A DNA stretch of 64,000 nt, from the NCBI GenBank assembly GCA_041741175.1, contig JBGSKP010000571.1, forward strand, positions 3,001 to 67,000. The letters run 5' to 3'. Position 1 is the first letter of the stretch, and each line of letters starts with the position of its first letter. Shown one piece after another: positions 39,543 to 52,149 of the stretch. The notes beneath the pieces were generated by a model. The model searched no databases, was not told the DNA's origin, and was given only the letters and a program-made list of their open reading frames with translations. The DNA comes from Thiocapsa sp. GTDB lineage: Bacteria; Pseudomonadota; Gammaproteobacteria; Chromatiales; Chromatiaceae. Position numbers and translations under genes: made by a program.

Positions 39543-41630
39543 GTGCATCTGACTAGTGATCTCTTGGTCGAGATCGGAACCGAAGAGCTTCCGCCCACCG
39601 CATTGCTCACGCTCTCGAATGCTTTTGCAGAGTGTTTTGGCGTTCAGCTCGATCAGGCTTCAATCGCTTTCGCGACGATAGAGCCCTTTGCCTCGCCGCG
39701 GCGGCTCGCCCTGTTGGTACGCGGCATCCTCACCCGACAACCGGATCGTGAGGTGGTGCGCCGTGGCCCCACCGTTCAGGCCGCGTTTGGCGCCGATGGG
39801 GTGCCAAGCAAGGCCGCATTGGGTTTTGCGGGCTCCTGCGGTGTATCGATCGAGGAGATCGCCTGCGAGAAGACAGACAAGGGCGAATGGCTGGTATTCC
39901 GCAGCCTGCTGCCGGGCGCGAGCACGGCCAGCCTCGTGCCTGGCTTGACTGAAGCGGCGCTGGCCGGACTTCCTATCCCGAAGCGGATGCGCTGGGGTAG
40001 TGGGGCCGAAGAGTTTGTGCGCCCGATTCACTGGGTCTGCCTGCTGCTCGGCTCGGATCCGATCCCGGGACGGATCCTGGGCGTAGAGGCCGGTCGCACG
40101 ACGCGCGGTCACCGCTTCCATCACCCGGATCCGATCAGGATTGATCAAGCCACCGACTATGCCGAGCGACTGCGCTCGCAGGGATACGTCGAGCCGGATT
40201 TCGGGCGGCGGCGGGTCCTGGTACGTGGCGAGGTTGAAGGACTTGCCCAAGCGCAGGGGTTACGTGCGCGGATCGATGCGGTGTTGCTCGATGAGGTGAC
40301 CGCCTTGGTGGAATGGCCACGGGCAATTCTGGGTCGATTCGACCGCGCGTATCTCGCGATTCCGCCCGAGGTTCTGATCGAGACCATGCGGTCTAATCAG
40401 AAGTATTTTCCGCTCGAAGACACTTCGGGGACCTTGGAAGCGGCTTTCATTACGGTCACGAACATCGAGAGCCGCGACCCCGATCAGGTGCGTGTGGGTA
40501 ACGAGCGTGTGATACGTCCGCGGTTTGCGGACGCCGCTTTCTTTTGGTCACAGGATATCAAGCGGCCGTTGGAAGACTACGCCGGTCGACTCGAAACCGT
40601 TGTATTTCAAGTCCGTCTCGGTACCCTTGCAGATAAGAGTACCCGGGTGGCCAGCATAGCTCGCTACCTGGCCCCGACTCTTGGTGTCGACCCGGACATA
40701 GCTGCGCGTGCGGCTCGGCTATCGCGCTGTGATCTTGTCACGTCCATGGTGTATGAGTTCCCTAGCCTGCAGGGCACGATGGGCCGCTACTATGCCCGGC
40801 ATGCAGACGAGGATCCCTGCGTCTGTGCCGCGATGGAAGAGCAATATCTGCCGCGCTTTGCGGGCGATCGCCTACCGCAGACGCCTTGCGGGCAGGCCTT
40901 AGCCATCGCAGATCGGCTCGATACACTGATCGGGATCTTTGGGATTGGATTGCGTCCCAGCGGTGCGAAAGATCCTTATGGCCTGCGCCGTGCCTCGATC
41001 GGGGTGTTAAGGATCCTCATTGAGACGCCGCTGGAGTTTGATGTGCGAGATCTTATGAAGGTCGCGGCATCTGCTTATCCGCCCGGTGTTCTGAGCGCTG
41101 ACGTTGAAGCCGCTGCGCTTGGTTATGTGTTGGATCGGCTGCGCGGTTACTACCACGACCGAGGTGTTGCCGCTGATACGATCGAGGCCGTGCTCCTGAC
41201 CGGGGTCACGGTACCGGCCGATCTCGACGCACGGTTGAGCGCGGTAACGGCGTTTCGAAGGTTTTCAGGGGCCGCCTCGTTGGCCGCTGCGAACAAGCGG
41301 ATTCGTAATATCTTGAGTCAGGCTGGTGTCGACACCCTTAGTGGCGCCGATTATCCGGAACCGATTTCACAGTTGTTCCAGGACGTTGCGGAGACTCGTC
41401 TTTTCGCTAAGGTCAAACAGCTTGCGGGGTTAGTACGACCTTTGGCGCAGGCGCGTGACTATGTCGGTGTGCTTGAGCAACTGTCTGGCCTGGAGGCCGA
41501 TCTGGAAGCCTTTTTTGACGACGTTATGGTCATGGCTGAAGATCCTGAGATCCGTAACAATCGGATTCGGCTGCTGCGTTCCTTGGCTGGGCTCTTTCTT
41601 CTGGTTGCGGATATTTCCCGTCTTCAGTAA
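39543..41630 (+). CDS. glyS: Glycyl-tRNA synthetase beta subunit
   Basis: LLVEIGTEELP, MRWG, GHRF, EFP.LQG.MG, DPYGLRR, FFDDVMVM, NRIRLL. Confidence 0.98.
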   Translation: MHLTSDLLVEIGTEELPPTALLTLSNAFAECFGVQLDQASIAFATIEPFASPRRLALLVRGILTRQPDREVVRRGPTVQAAFGADGVPSKAALGFAGSCGVSIEEIACEKTDKGEWLVFRSLLPGASTASLVPGLTEAALAGLPIPKRMRWGSGAEEFVRPIHWVCLLLGSDPIPGRILGVEAGRTTRGHRFHHPDPIRIDQATDYAERLRSQGYVEPDFGRRRVLVRGEVEGLAQAQGLRARIDAVLLDEVTALVEWPRAILGRFDRAYLAIPPEVLIETMRSNQKYFPLEDTSGTLEAAFITVTNIESRDPDQVRVGNERVIRPRFADAAFFWSQDIKRPLEDYAGRLETVVFQVRLGTLADKSTRVASIARYLAPTLGVDPDIAARAARLSRCDLVTSMVYEFPSLQGTMGRYYARHADEDPCVCAAMEEQYLPRFAGDRLPQTPCGQALAIADRLDTLIGIFGIGLRPSGAKDPYGLRRASIGVLRILIETPLEFDVRDLMKVAASAYPPGVLSADVEAAALGYVLDRLRGYYHDRGVAADTIEAVLLTGVTVPADLDARLSAVTAFRRFSGAASLAAANKRIRNILSQAGVDTLSGADYPEPISQLFQDVAETRLFAKVKQLAGLVRPLAQARDYVGVLEQLSGLEADLEAFFDDVMVMAEDPEIRNNRIRLLRSLAGLFLLVADISRLQ

Positions 41631-41687
41631 TCATTGGTCGGGAGACCACAGCGAAGGGATCACGACGGTGAGTCAGAGTTTTCTGTT

Positions 41688-42233
41688 ATGAGGGATCGGA
41701 TCGTTATTCTTGACCGGGATGGGGTGATTAACCACGACTCCGATCAGTTCATTAAGTCCATCGACGAATGGATCCCCTTGCCGGGCAGTATTGATGCGAT
41801 TGCGCGCCTCTGCCAGGCGGGGTACCGTGTTGCCGTTGCCACGAACCAGTCAGGATTAGCGCGCGGTCTGCTAACGCCGGCTGACCTGGACGCGATGCAC
41901 CGCCGACTTCGGGAGCTTTTGGCAGAGCAGGGTGGCCAGATCGAGATGATTGTCTTCTGTCCACACAGTCCAGACGAGGGGTGCGGTTGCCGCAAACCGC
42001 AACCGGGCATGCTTGAAGAGATCGCGCGCCGACTTTCGGTCGAGCTCGCTGGCATACCCTTTATTGGAGATTCACTCGGTGACATCGTTGCGGCGCGTGC
42101 CGCGGGAGCTGAGCCCTGGATGGTTCGCACAGGAAAGGGCGAGGCGACCTTGGCCGGCGGATTTCCAGATCTTGTCGATGTCCCTGTCTACGCCGACCTT
42201 GCCGCAGTTGTGGACGTGCTCGTCCATGGCTAA
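41688..42233 (+). CDS. gmhB: D-glycero-D-manno-heptose 1,7-bisphosphate phosphatase
   Basis: LDRDGVIN, ATNQSG, CPH...C.CRKP.PGM, IGDS, VRTGKG. Confidence 0.95.
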   Translation: MRDRIVILDRDGVINHDSDQFIKSIDEWIPLPGSIDAIARLCQAGYRVAVATNQSGLARGLLTPADLDAMHRRLRELLAEQGGQIEMIVFCPHSPDEGCGCRKPQPGMLEEIARRLSVELAGIPFIGDSLGDIVAARAAGAEPWMVRTGKGEATLAGGFPDLVDVPVYADLAAVVDVLVHG

Positions 42234-42999
42234 GGTCACCTGTGGTTTGGTCCTATTCCGCTCTTTCGCCTACCAGATCGTTTTGGTTGTCTCGGTCATT
42301 ATTTTCTCGATCCTTCTGATCGCGCTAAGCCCCCTGTCATCGGACTCCGTTCTGGATCGGCTCGCACGTGTTTGGGCCAGGCTCAATCTGGTTGCATTGG
42401 GTTTGATCTGCGGCCTTCACTACCGCGTCAGTGGCCTGGAGCGATTACCGACCGAGACCGCGGTGGTTCTTAGTAAGCATCAGTCTGCATGGGACATCAT
42501 CGCATTGCGAGCCGTCCTTCCAATCCACCAAAGCTGGGTCTTAAAACAGGAGTTGATGCGTATTCCAGTTTTTGGCTCGGGACTAAAACGGTTGCGCTGC
42601 ATACCGATCGACCGCTCGGCTGGTCGCCGGGCGATCGTCGCGCTGGTACGTGAAGGCATCCGACTGTTGGACGCCGGGCGTTGGGTGATCGTCTTTCCGG
42701 AAGGAACGCGCGTTTCGCCGGGTGGCCGGCATCCATACGCGATCGGCGGGGCCGTTCTAGCCGAGCGCAGCGGGCGTCCGGTCGTTCCGATTGCGCATAA
42801 TGCGGGCTATTTTTGGGGGAAGCTGAGTCTGGCCAAAAAGCCAGGCACGATTGATCTTGTTATCGGACCGGTCATCGCGACCGCCGGACTGACGGCTGCA
42901 CAGATCAACGTCGCTGTGGAGGATTGGATTGAGTCGACGGTCGCTTCATTGCCTGAGCCAGAGGCAGCATCGGATGACCCCTCCGGGTCAGGCCACTGA
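42226..42999 (+). CDS. plsC: 1-acyl-sn-glycerol-3-phosphate acyltransferase
   Basis: KHQSAWD (HxxxxD), PIDR, FPEGTR, VVPIAHNAG. Confidence 0.9.
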   Translation: MAKVTCGLVLFRSFAYQIVLVVSVIIFSILLIALSPLSSDSVLDRLARVWARLNLVALGLICGLHYRVSGLERLPTETAVVLSKHQSAWDIIALRAVLPIHQSWVLKQELMRIPVFGSGLKRLRCIPIDRSAGRRAIVALVREGIRLLDAGRWVIVFPEGTRVSPGGRHPYAIGGAVLAERSGRPVVPIAHNAGYFWGKLSLAKKPGTIDLVIGPVIATAGLTAAQINVAVEDWIESTVASLPEPEAASDDPSGSGH

Positions 43000-43033
43000 G
43001 GAGTAGTTGGAAGGCAGTGAGCACTGCGCCGAC

Positions 43034-45589
<2,556 letters not shown>

Positions 45590-45662
45590 TTATACGGGAA
45601 GGGCGGCTGGAGCGCCTCTATCGTCGGGCGCTGGACGCCTTGTCCGATCGGGAAGCCATCTC

Positions 45663-46778
45663 TTAGGGCGCATCGACGGGTTTTGATTGGCCTCGCGTTG
45701 GATGTTCCATGTGGGACATCTGGGCATTAGGCGAAGGGGCGTTGCCAACGATGACATCACCAACACCAACGCGCGTCGTAATGCATTGGCCGCAGACCCC
45801 GGCGTAAAGGCTCCGTAACCGTTTGAAGGCAGCGGCATCGATCTCCGCCGCGAGATCATCAAGCAGCCAGATCGAAGGCTTCAGCCCATTGGCGCGGTGG
45901 ACTTGTTCTGCCGCAAGTTGCAATAGGCAAACTGCGGCCTTGGCTTGGCCTCGCGACAGCCGAACAATCACGCCGTCGCGCGTGATGACAAGATCGGCTC
46001 GGTGGGGGCCGGACGCTGTCTGGCACCGCGTTAGGTCTACGTGCCTGGATCGTTCGAGCGCAGCCCCAAGATCCGCATCCCTTGCCCAGCCTTGCTTGTA
46101 CCGGAGATCGCAGCCATCAAGAAAGGGGAAGCCATCAGCGAGCCGAGTAAACTCGGTCCGCCAGCATGAAACGAAGGCCCGTCGGGCGTCGTGGATCCGC
46201 TCAGCGAACTCGATAAAGGGTCCGTCCCATGCAGCGACCGCTCGGGACCCTTGCCGCAGGGCAGCGTTTCGTTGACTGAGAACTCGTCTCAAATCATTTC
46301 GCCATCCCCCAAAGCGATGTTCCACGTGGAACACATTCCAATCAAGCAACGCCCGTCTGAGCGCAGGTTGACCCTCGAGCAGGGCCTGAGGATTTTCACC
46401 GACCAACTTTACCAGCAATGGACTCTCGTGCGGAGACTGGCCACGTAAAACCCAGCCGTTACACTGGCGGACGCTTTCGCGCGGGGTTCGCTCAAAACTG
46501 AGAATCGAATCCCCTTGTGCATCAGCCTGCTGAAAACGGCACTCGATAATTGTCCGCTGCTCACCATCCGTCGTCAGCGGCCCCGCTTTCCGCCCCCTGA
46601 AAGTGCGTCCCCGCGCCAACAGATAAACAGCTTCCAGCAAAGCCGTCTTCCCTGCCCCGTTTCCACCCGTGATGCAGATCCCTCTGTGACACGCTTCCAG
46701 ATCGAGCGTCAGGCTGCGCAGATTACGAAGATTCCTGATCCGCAGCGATAACAGCCGCGGATAGCGGTGACCATCCAT
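45663..46778 (-). CDS. recF: DNA replication/repair protein RecF (divergent)
   Basis: G.NGAGKT, GRTFR, L.QRNAAL, GPHRADL, LSRGQ, LLDDLAAEID; lies between dnaN and gyrB. Confidence 0.92.
   Translation of the reverse strand: MDGHRYPRLLSLRIRNLRNLRSLTLDLEACHRGICITGGNGAGKTALLEAVYLLARGRTFRGRKAGPLTTDGEQRTIIECRFQQADAQGDSILSFERTPRESVRQCNGWVLRGQSPHESPLLVKLVGENPQALLEGQPALRRALLDWNVFHVEHRFGGWRNDLRRVLSQRNAALRQGSRAVAAWDGPFIEFAERIHDARRAFVSCWRTEFTRLADGFPFLDGCDLRYKQGWARDADLGAALERSRHVDLTRCQTASGPHRADLVITRDGVIVRLSRGQAKAAVCLLQLAAEQVHRANGLKPSIWLLDDLAAEIDAAAFKRLRSLYAGVCGQCITTRVGVGDVIVGNAPSPNAQMSHMEHPTRGQSKPVDAP
45703..45718. promoter_or_regulatory. Degenerate parS site at the recF 3' end
   Basis: TGTTCCATGTGGGACA, two mismatches to TGTTCCACGTGGAACA. 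Confidence 0.5.
46318..46333. promoter_or_regulatory. parS centromere-like site inside recF
   Basis: Perfect palindrome TGTTCCACGTGGAACA matching the parS consensus TGTTNCACGTGNAACA. Confidence 0.9.
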
Positions 46779-46790
46779 CAGTCCTCCGCA

Positions 46791-47891
46791 TTACAGCCGC
46801 ATCGGCATGACAACGTAAGTCTCATCATCCACCCCGGCACCCCGCCAAACTGAGCTGCTGCCGGCGTCACTGAAGCGGACCTGGATCTGATCACCTTCCA
46901 CCGCGTTGAGAACGTCGGAGAGATAGGCGACATTGAAGCCGATTGCCGTTGGATCACCCTGGTAGTCCAGTTCAATCTCTTCCTCTGCTTCCTCCTGCTC
47001 CGGGTTGTGAGCTTGTAGCCTCAGCACCCCTTCCTCGAACCCGAGCCGAACACCTCGGTACTTCTCATTCGATAAGATTGAGGTTCTGGCTAGAGCGCGT
47101 TTGAGCGCCTCGCTGCTCACGACCGCGACTTTTCCCAGTTCACGTGGAATGACTCGCTCGTAATCCGGGTAGCGGCCATCCACCAGTTTCGATGTCATCA
47201 CCATTGCCCCGACGGACAATCGGATACTTCGGCTCCCGACCAACACCGACATCTCTTCATCGGTCGATCCGAGCTGCCGCCGCAGCTCCAAGACAGTCTT
47301 GCTCGGGACGATGACCTGTAGCGACTCCGGCATACCGAGTTTCAGACCACGGTGAAACTTGGCAAGCCGATGTCCGTCGGTCCCGACAGCCGTGATCCCT
47401 GAATCGCTCCAGTCAATCAGTAGGCCGTTCAAGTAGTACCTGACATCCTGCTGGGCCATGGCAAAAGATGTCTTATCCAGAACCTGTCGCAAAGCGCCTT
47501 CCGGCAGTTTGACGTCAAAGCCCTCAATCTCCGCCTCCATCAGAGGGAAATCTGCTGCGGGTAGCACTCCCAGCGAAAACCTGCCCCGTCCAGCTGTCAC
47601 GACACAGCGTTCATTGCTCAGGCGAAACCGGATTTCAGTCCCTTCGGACAGGCTGCGACAGATGTCCATGAGCTTGCGCGCCGGCAACGTCGTCTCGCCC
47701 TCTTGCGACACCGATGCGGAGCAGTGCGCCTTCACCTCCACTTCCAGATCCGTGCCACACACATGCATGCGATCGCCGTGCGCTGAAACCAGGAGGTTTC
47801 CCAAGATTGGGAGTGTCTGCCGCCGCTCGACAACACCTACTACCTTGCTTAGAACGGGCAGCAGTCTTTCACGGTTGACGACGAACTCCAT
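46791..47891 (-). CDS. dnaN: DNA polymerase III beta sliding clamp
   Basis: VERRQTLPIL.N, GTDLE, FAMAQQDVRYYLNG, TDGHRLA, YPDY.RVIP, VVMPMRL. Confidence 0.98.
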   Translation of the reverse strand: MEFVVNRERLLPVLSKVVGVVERRQTLPILGNLLVSAHGDRMHVCGTDLEVEVKAHCSASVSQEGETTLPARKLMDICRSLSEGTEIRFRLSNERCVVTAGRGRFSLGVLPAADFPLMEAEIEGFDVKLPEGALRQVLDKTSFAMAQQDVRYYLNGLLIDWSDSGITAVGTDGHRLAKFHRGLKLGMPESLQVIVPSKTVLELRRQLGSTDEEMSVLVGSRSIRLSVGAMVMTSKLVDGRYPDYERVIPRELGKVAVVSSEALKRALARTSILSNEKYRGVRLGFEEGVLRLQAHNPEQEEAEEEIELDYQGDPTAIGFNVAYLSDVLNAVEGDQIQVRFSDAGSSSVWRGAGVDDETYVVMPMRL

Positions 47892-48100
47892 TGCGATCTC
47901 CAAATATAAAAAGAAATGTAAACGCTCGGTAGTCATAACGCATGTGAATCGCGCCGGACTGGCCGATCAGCCTGATAAACTGGCGCTATCGGCGCTATCG
48001 GCGCTATCGGCGCTATCGCAGACCAGAGCAATCTCCGGATAGCCTGTGTATCAGGCTTACGAAGATGCACGGCCTGATTTTATCCACAGCGTGCCCGCGC
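47892..48100. other. Candidate oriC (dnaA-dnaN intergenic region)
   Basis: Perfect DnaA box TTATCCACA (48080-48088), near-box TGTGTATCA (48045-48053), AT-rich tract next to dnaN, parS nearby. Confidence 0.55.
47982..48017. repeat. 9-bp tandem repeat (GGCGCTATC x4)
   Basis: Four exact copies read directly. Confidence 0.95.
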
Positions 48101-49444
48101 CTATGAAGTCAGAGTCCTTAACAGGTTCCTGTAGTCCTCTTCAAGCGTTGCGTCACCATCACGAAGATTCTTAATGGTTCGTGTCGCATGGAGCACCGTG
48201 GTGTGATCGCGTCCCCCGAAGGCTCTGCCGATTTCGGGCAGACTATGCTTTGTGAGTTCTTTTGCGAGCGCCATGGCAACCTGACGGGGACGGGCGATCG
48301 AGCGACTTCGTTTAGCCGAGAGCATATCTGAGGCCCTGAGCTTGTAGTACTCCGCGACCGTCTTCTGAATGTTCTCGATACTAACCTGCTTGTCCTGAGC
48401 GGCCAGCATGTCGCGCAGTGCGTGCTTCGCCAGTTCCATGGTGATCGCTTTTCCGGTGAACTGCGCATTCGCGACCAGCCGCCGCAGCGCTCCCTCAAGC
48501 TCTCGGATGTTGGAGCGAATCCTTCGACCGACGAAGAACGCGACATCTTCCGGCAGATCCACATTCCAAAGGCTTGCTTTGCTGTGGAGGATCGCGACAC
48601 TGGTTTCCAGATCAGGCGGCTCGATCGACACAGTGAGTCCCCAACCAAAGCGAGACCGAAGTCGCTCTTCCAGCCCGACAACCTCTTTGGGGAATCGGTC
48701 GCTGGATAAGACGATCTGCTGCCTGGATTCAAACAGAGCATTGAAGGTGTGAAAAAACTCTTCCTGAGAACGTTCTTTTCCCGCGAAAAACTGCACGTCG
48801 TCGATCAACAAGGCATTGACCGATCGGTAGGTCTTCTTGAACTCGTCGATTCTGTTGTGCTGAAGCGCTTTGATCATTTCGGCCACAAAGCGCTCCGAGT
48901 GAAGATAGACAACGCGCGCATTAGGGTTCGTGGCGAGTACGATATTTCCAACCGCATGCATCAGATGCGTCTTGCCTAGACCGACGCCGCCGTAAATGAA
49001 CAGCGGGTTATACGCCGTTCCGGGGTTCCGGCCGATCTGCATCGACGCCGCACGCGCAAGCTGATTTGATTTGCCTTCAACGAAGCTGTCGAACGTGAAG
49101 TCCGCGTTGAGGTTGGCACTGGCGCGCCGAGCTGTGAGTTCGGCATCGCAATCCGCAGCGGTGCCCACCACTCGACCGACAGTGCTGGTCGCCTTCGAGT
49201 CGACTCCGCCCACCTCGAAGCTCAGCTTGGTGATTGCCGAGTCGCTGTAAGATCGACACAGATCAAGCAGCCGAGCCTCGTAGTGCTGGCGTATCCAATC
49301 CAGGACGAACGTGTTGGGAGCGAACAATCGCAGGCGATCCGCGTCGACCCGTGCCTGTAGCGGAAGTATCCAGGTGTTGAACTCTGCCGACGTCAATTCA
49401 CCCCTGAGTTGTTTGACGCATTGCTCCCATACCCCCACGTTCAC
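48101..49444 (-). CDS. dnaA: Chromosomal replication initiator DnaA
   Basis: [59 protein letters not shown]; start is GTG 49444 or TTG 49474. Confidence 0.99.
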   Translation of the reverse strand: MNVGVWEQCVKQLRGELTSAEFNTWILPLQARVDADRLRLFAPNTFVLDWIRQHYEARLLDLCRSYSDSAITKLSFEVGGVDSKATSTVGRVVGTAADCDAELTARRASANLNADFTFDSFVEGKSNQLARAASMQIGRNPGTAYNPLFIYGGVGLGKTHLMHAVGNIVLATNPNARVVYLHSERFVAEMIKALQHNRIDEFKKTYRSVNALLIDDVQFFAGKERSQEEFFHTFNALFESRQQIVLSSDRFPKEVVGLEERLRSRFGWGLTVSIEPPDLETSVAILHSKASLWNVDLPEDVAFFVGRRIRSNIRELEGALRRLVANAQFTGKAITMELAKHALRDMLAAQDKQVSIENIQKTVAEYYKLRASDMLSAKRSRSIARPRQVAMALAKELTKHSLPEIGRAFGGRDHTTVLHATRTIKNLRDGDATLEEDYRNLLRTLTS

Positions 49445-49584
49445 CTCCGAAATCCCGCTCTTGTTCTGGTGCAAGACCTTCGCATGATCACGCGGCCCTG
49501 ATGGTTCGGCAACGTGGCGGGCGACCGGTGGTGCGCCCGCCTGCTACCGCTCGTCACACCGCAGTCTAGCCTGACCGACCGGAC

Positions 49585-49593
49585 TTATCCACA
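49585..49593 (+). promoter_or_regulatory. DnaA box in the dnaA promoter (autoregulation)
   Basis: TTATCCACA, with a minus-strand TAGACT -10-like hexamer at 49563-49568. Confidence 0.85.
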
Positions 49594-49624
49594 ATCCGCG
49601 ACGGCGACGGCGGGCGTTTCGGCA

Positions 49625-49653
49625 TTGACTTTTGCCGTAAAATTGCTTATGTT
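49625..49653 (+). promoter_or_regulatory. Sigma70 promoter for rpmH
   Basis: TTGACT-17 bp-TATGTT. Confidence 0.7.
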
Positions 49654-49716
49654 TCCGCGCCTTTTACGGCCGGTCTCAATGCCGAGTCCCGGACGACTAT
49701 TCCCGGAGTAGCGATC

Positions 49717-49851
49717 ATGAAGCGCACCTTTCAACCCAGCCGTCTCAAGCGCGCTCGGACCCATGGTTTCCGCGCTCGCAGCGCCACAAAGAACGGCCGA
49801 AGGGTGATCAATGCCCGCCGTGCCAAGGGGCGCGTGCGTCTGATCCCCTGA
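49717..49851 (+). CDS. rpmH: 50S ribosomal protein L34 (not in the ORF track)
   Basis: Manual translation [44 protein letters not shown]; GGAG RBS. Confidence 0.99.
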   Translation: MKRTFQPSRLKRARTHGFRARSATKNGRRVINARRAKGRVRLIP

Positions 49852-49874
49852 ACCGCGCGGATGACCTGGCGGGT

Positions 49875-50243
49875 CTGCTGCCTGCAAACCAACACTTCCC
49901 CAGGAGCTGTCGCCTTACCGCCTCCGGACAGTTCCGAGAAGTGTTTGCGTCACCCCTACGTCGCCGCGGTCCCGGTTATCTCGTTCTGTATCGCAAAAAC
50001 CAGTTGGCGTATTCGCGCCTCGGACTGGCGATATCGAAGAAGTGTGCCCGCCGTGCCGTGGATCGTGCCCGCCTGAAGCGAATCGCTCGCGAGAGCTTTC
50101 GTCGGAATCGGACTCGACTCGACGGGTGGGACATCGTCGTTCTCTGCGTCTCGGGCGCACCGACGCTGCCGAATCCTGATCTTTTCGACAGCCTGTCCCG
50201 CGCGTGGGCGATCATCGAGAAACAAGCATGCGGCGAATCTTGA
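49875..50243 (+). CDS. rnpA: Ribonuclease P protein component
   Basis: FPRSCRL...[37 protein letters not shown]. The conserved N-terminus lies upstream of the tracked GTG at 49941, so a CTG start near 49875 is assumed. Confidence 0.9.
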   Translation: MLPANQHFPRSCRLTASGQFREVFASPLRRRGPGYLVLYRKNQLAYSRLGLAISKKCARRAVDRARLKRIARESFRRNRTRLDGWDIVVLCVSGAPTLPNPDLFDSLSRAWAIIEKQACGES

Positions 50244-50464
50244 TCGTCATGATCCACGCTTACCAGTACGGCATCAGTCCTCTCCTCGGGCCTCACTGCC
50301 GATTCTATCCATCTTGCTCGCACTACGCCGTGGAGGCGATCGAGCGTCATGGTCTGCTGCACGGGGGGTACCTGGCCGTTCGCCGTGTATCCCGCTGCCA
50401 TCCCTGGCACGAAGGCGGCTTTGACCCAGTCCCAACCGAAAGGCACATCAGCTCTCATGGATAA
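50228..50464 (+). CDS. yidD: Membrane protein insertion efficiency factor
   Basis: [34 protein letters not shown]. Confidence 0.96.
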   Translation: MRRILIVMIHAYQYGISPLLGPHCRFYPSCSHYAVEAIERHGLLHGGYLAVRRVSRCHPWHEGGFDPVPTERHISSHG

Positions 50465-52139
50465 CCAGCGTTTAATCCTGTTTTTCGCCCTGGCCGCGGT
50501 GATGTTCCTCATCTACTCGGCTTGGATGGAAGACTACGGTCGCCCGGCTCAGCCGCAGGTGGTCCAAGAGCCCGGCACGACGGCGGCTGGCGTTGCCGCC
50601 TCCGACGTTGCTAAAGACGTACCGCAAGTGACGACCACTCCCGATACCATCTCGCCTGCTTTGTCGGACAGTGTTTCACAGTTGACGCCTGCGGAGGCTC
50701 CGATTCGGGTCGAGACGGACGTGATCCACGTCGAGATTTCTCCGCGCGGTGGAACCATTTTGGCAGCCTGGCTGTTGGACTACTCGACGGTTGCAGAGCG
50801 ACCGGACGATCCTTTTCAACTGTTGAAGCCAGCACCGCCCAACATGTTTATCGCCCAGTCGGGTTTGCTGGGCGAGGATCCTTCTCTGCTTCCGACTCAT
50901 GAGGCGATATTTCAGAGTGTTCAGCCTTACTATCAACTCGGATCGAACGACGACAGCCTAGAGGTCGAGCTGGTCTGGGTGAGCGATGCCGGGATTGAAG
51001 TGCGTAAGAATTATCGCTTCGAGCGTGGCAGCTATGTTATCCGAACCGGCCATTCGGTCACCAATTCGACCGAGTTACCGATCGTCGCGCGCCAGTACAA
51101 TCAACTTCAACGCACAGATCTCTACGACCCGAACGAGTCTCGATTCATTCATACCTATACCGGCGCTGTCTATTTCAGTCCGGAAGATAAATATAAAAAG
51201 GTCTCTTTCGATGAGATGCTGAAAGGCCCGCTCGATCGTAGTGTCATCGATGGCTGGATCGCGATGATGCAGCATTACTTTTTGGCGGCCTGGATACCTC
51301 CAGCGGGCGTTCTGGAGACCTTCTACACCAACGTTCTCGCTGACTCACGCTACATCATCGGTAAGTACTCTCCGGCGGTTAGCATTGCACCCGGCAGCAC
51401 GCATCGTTTCGAAAACGAGCTCTTCATCGGTCCGAAGCTCCAGGATAAACTGGCCAGCGTTGCTCCGGGCTTGGAGTTGGCCGTCGACTACGGCTGGTTG
51501 ACCGTGATCGCACAACCCATCTTCTGGATCCTGAGCAAGATCTATCTGGTCGTCGGTAACTGGGGTTGGGCGATCATTTTTCTGACGATCCTGATCAAGC
51601 TCGCCTTCTACAAGCTGTCGGAAACCAGTTACAAGTCGATGGCAAACATGCGCCAGCTCTCTCCGCGTCTCCAGGCGTTGAAGGACAGGTATGGCGATGA
51701 CAAACAGCGCCTGAACCAGGCGATGATGGAGATGTACAAGACCGAGAAGATCAATCCCCTCGGTGGTTGTCTGCCGATTCTCATCCAGATTCCGGTCTTC
51801 ATCTCTCTCTACTGGGTCCTCCTCGAGAGCGTTGAGATGCGCCATGCGCCCTTTGTGCTGTGGCTCGACAATCTCTCGGCGCCCGACCCCTACTTCGTCC
51901 TGCCGCTGATCATGGGTATCTCCATGTTTGTGCAGATGAAGTTGAATCCGCCGCCGCCGGATCCGATGCAGGCGAAGATCATGATGGCGCTGCCGTTTGT
52001 CTTCACGGTCTTTTTCGCCTTCTTTCCCTCCGGCCTAGTGCTCTACTGGACGGTCAACAACCTGTTGTCGATCGCCCAACAATGGTACATCACCCGAACG
52101 ATCGAGAAGCAGGCCGCGTCGGCTAAGCGGAAAAAGTAG
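50457..52139 (+). CDS. yidC: Membrane protein insertase YidC
   Basis: [51 protein letters not shown]. Confidence 0.98.
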   Translation: MDNQRLILFFALAAVMFLIYSAWMEDYGRPAQPQVVQEPGTTAAGVAASDVAKDVPQVTTTPDTISPALSDSVSQLTPAEAPIRVETDVIHVEISPRGGTILAAWLLDYSTVAERPDDPFQLLKPAPPNMFIAQSGLLGEDPSLLPTHEAIFQSVQPYYQLGSNDDSLEVELVWVSDAGIEVRKNYRFERGSYVIRTGHSVTNSTELPIVARQYNQLQRTDLYDPNESRFIHTYTGAVYFSPEDKYKKVSFDEMLKGPLDRSVIDGWIAMMQHYFLAAWIPPAGVLETFYTNVLADSRYIIGKYSPAVSIAPGSTHRFENELFIGPKLQDKLASVAPGLELAVDYGWLTVIAQPIFWILSKIYLVVGNWGWAIIFLTILIKLAFYKLSETSYKSMANMRQLSPRLQALKDRYGDDKQRLNQAMMEMYKTEKINPLGGCLPILIQIPVFISLYWVLLESVEMRHAPFVLWLDNLSAPDPYFVLPLIMGISMFVQMKLNPPPPDPMQAKIMMALPFVFTVFFAFFPSGLVLYWTVNNLLSIAQQWYITRTIEKQAASAKRKK

Positions 52140-52149
52140 CTCGAATTCG

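Noticed and set aside
47982-48017. Tandem repeat as a possible CRISPR or iteron array
   Set aside because: Contiguous 9-bp units with no spacers, and no cas or rep gene nearby.
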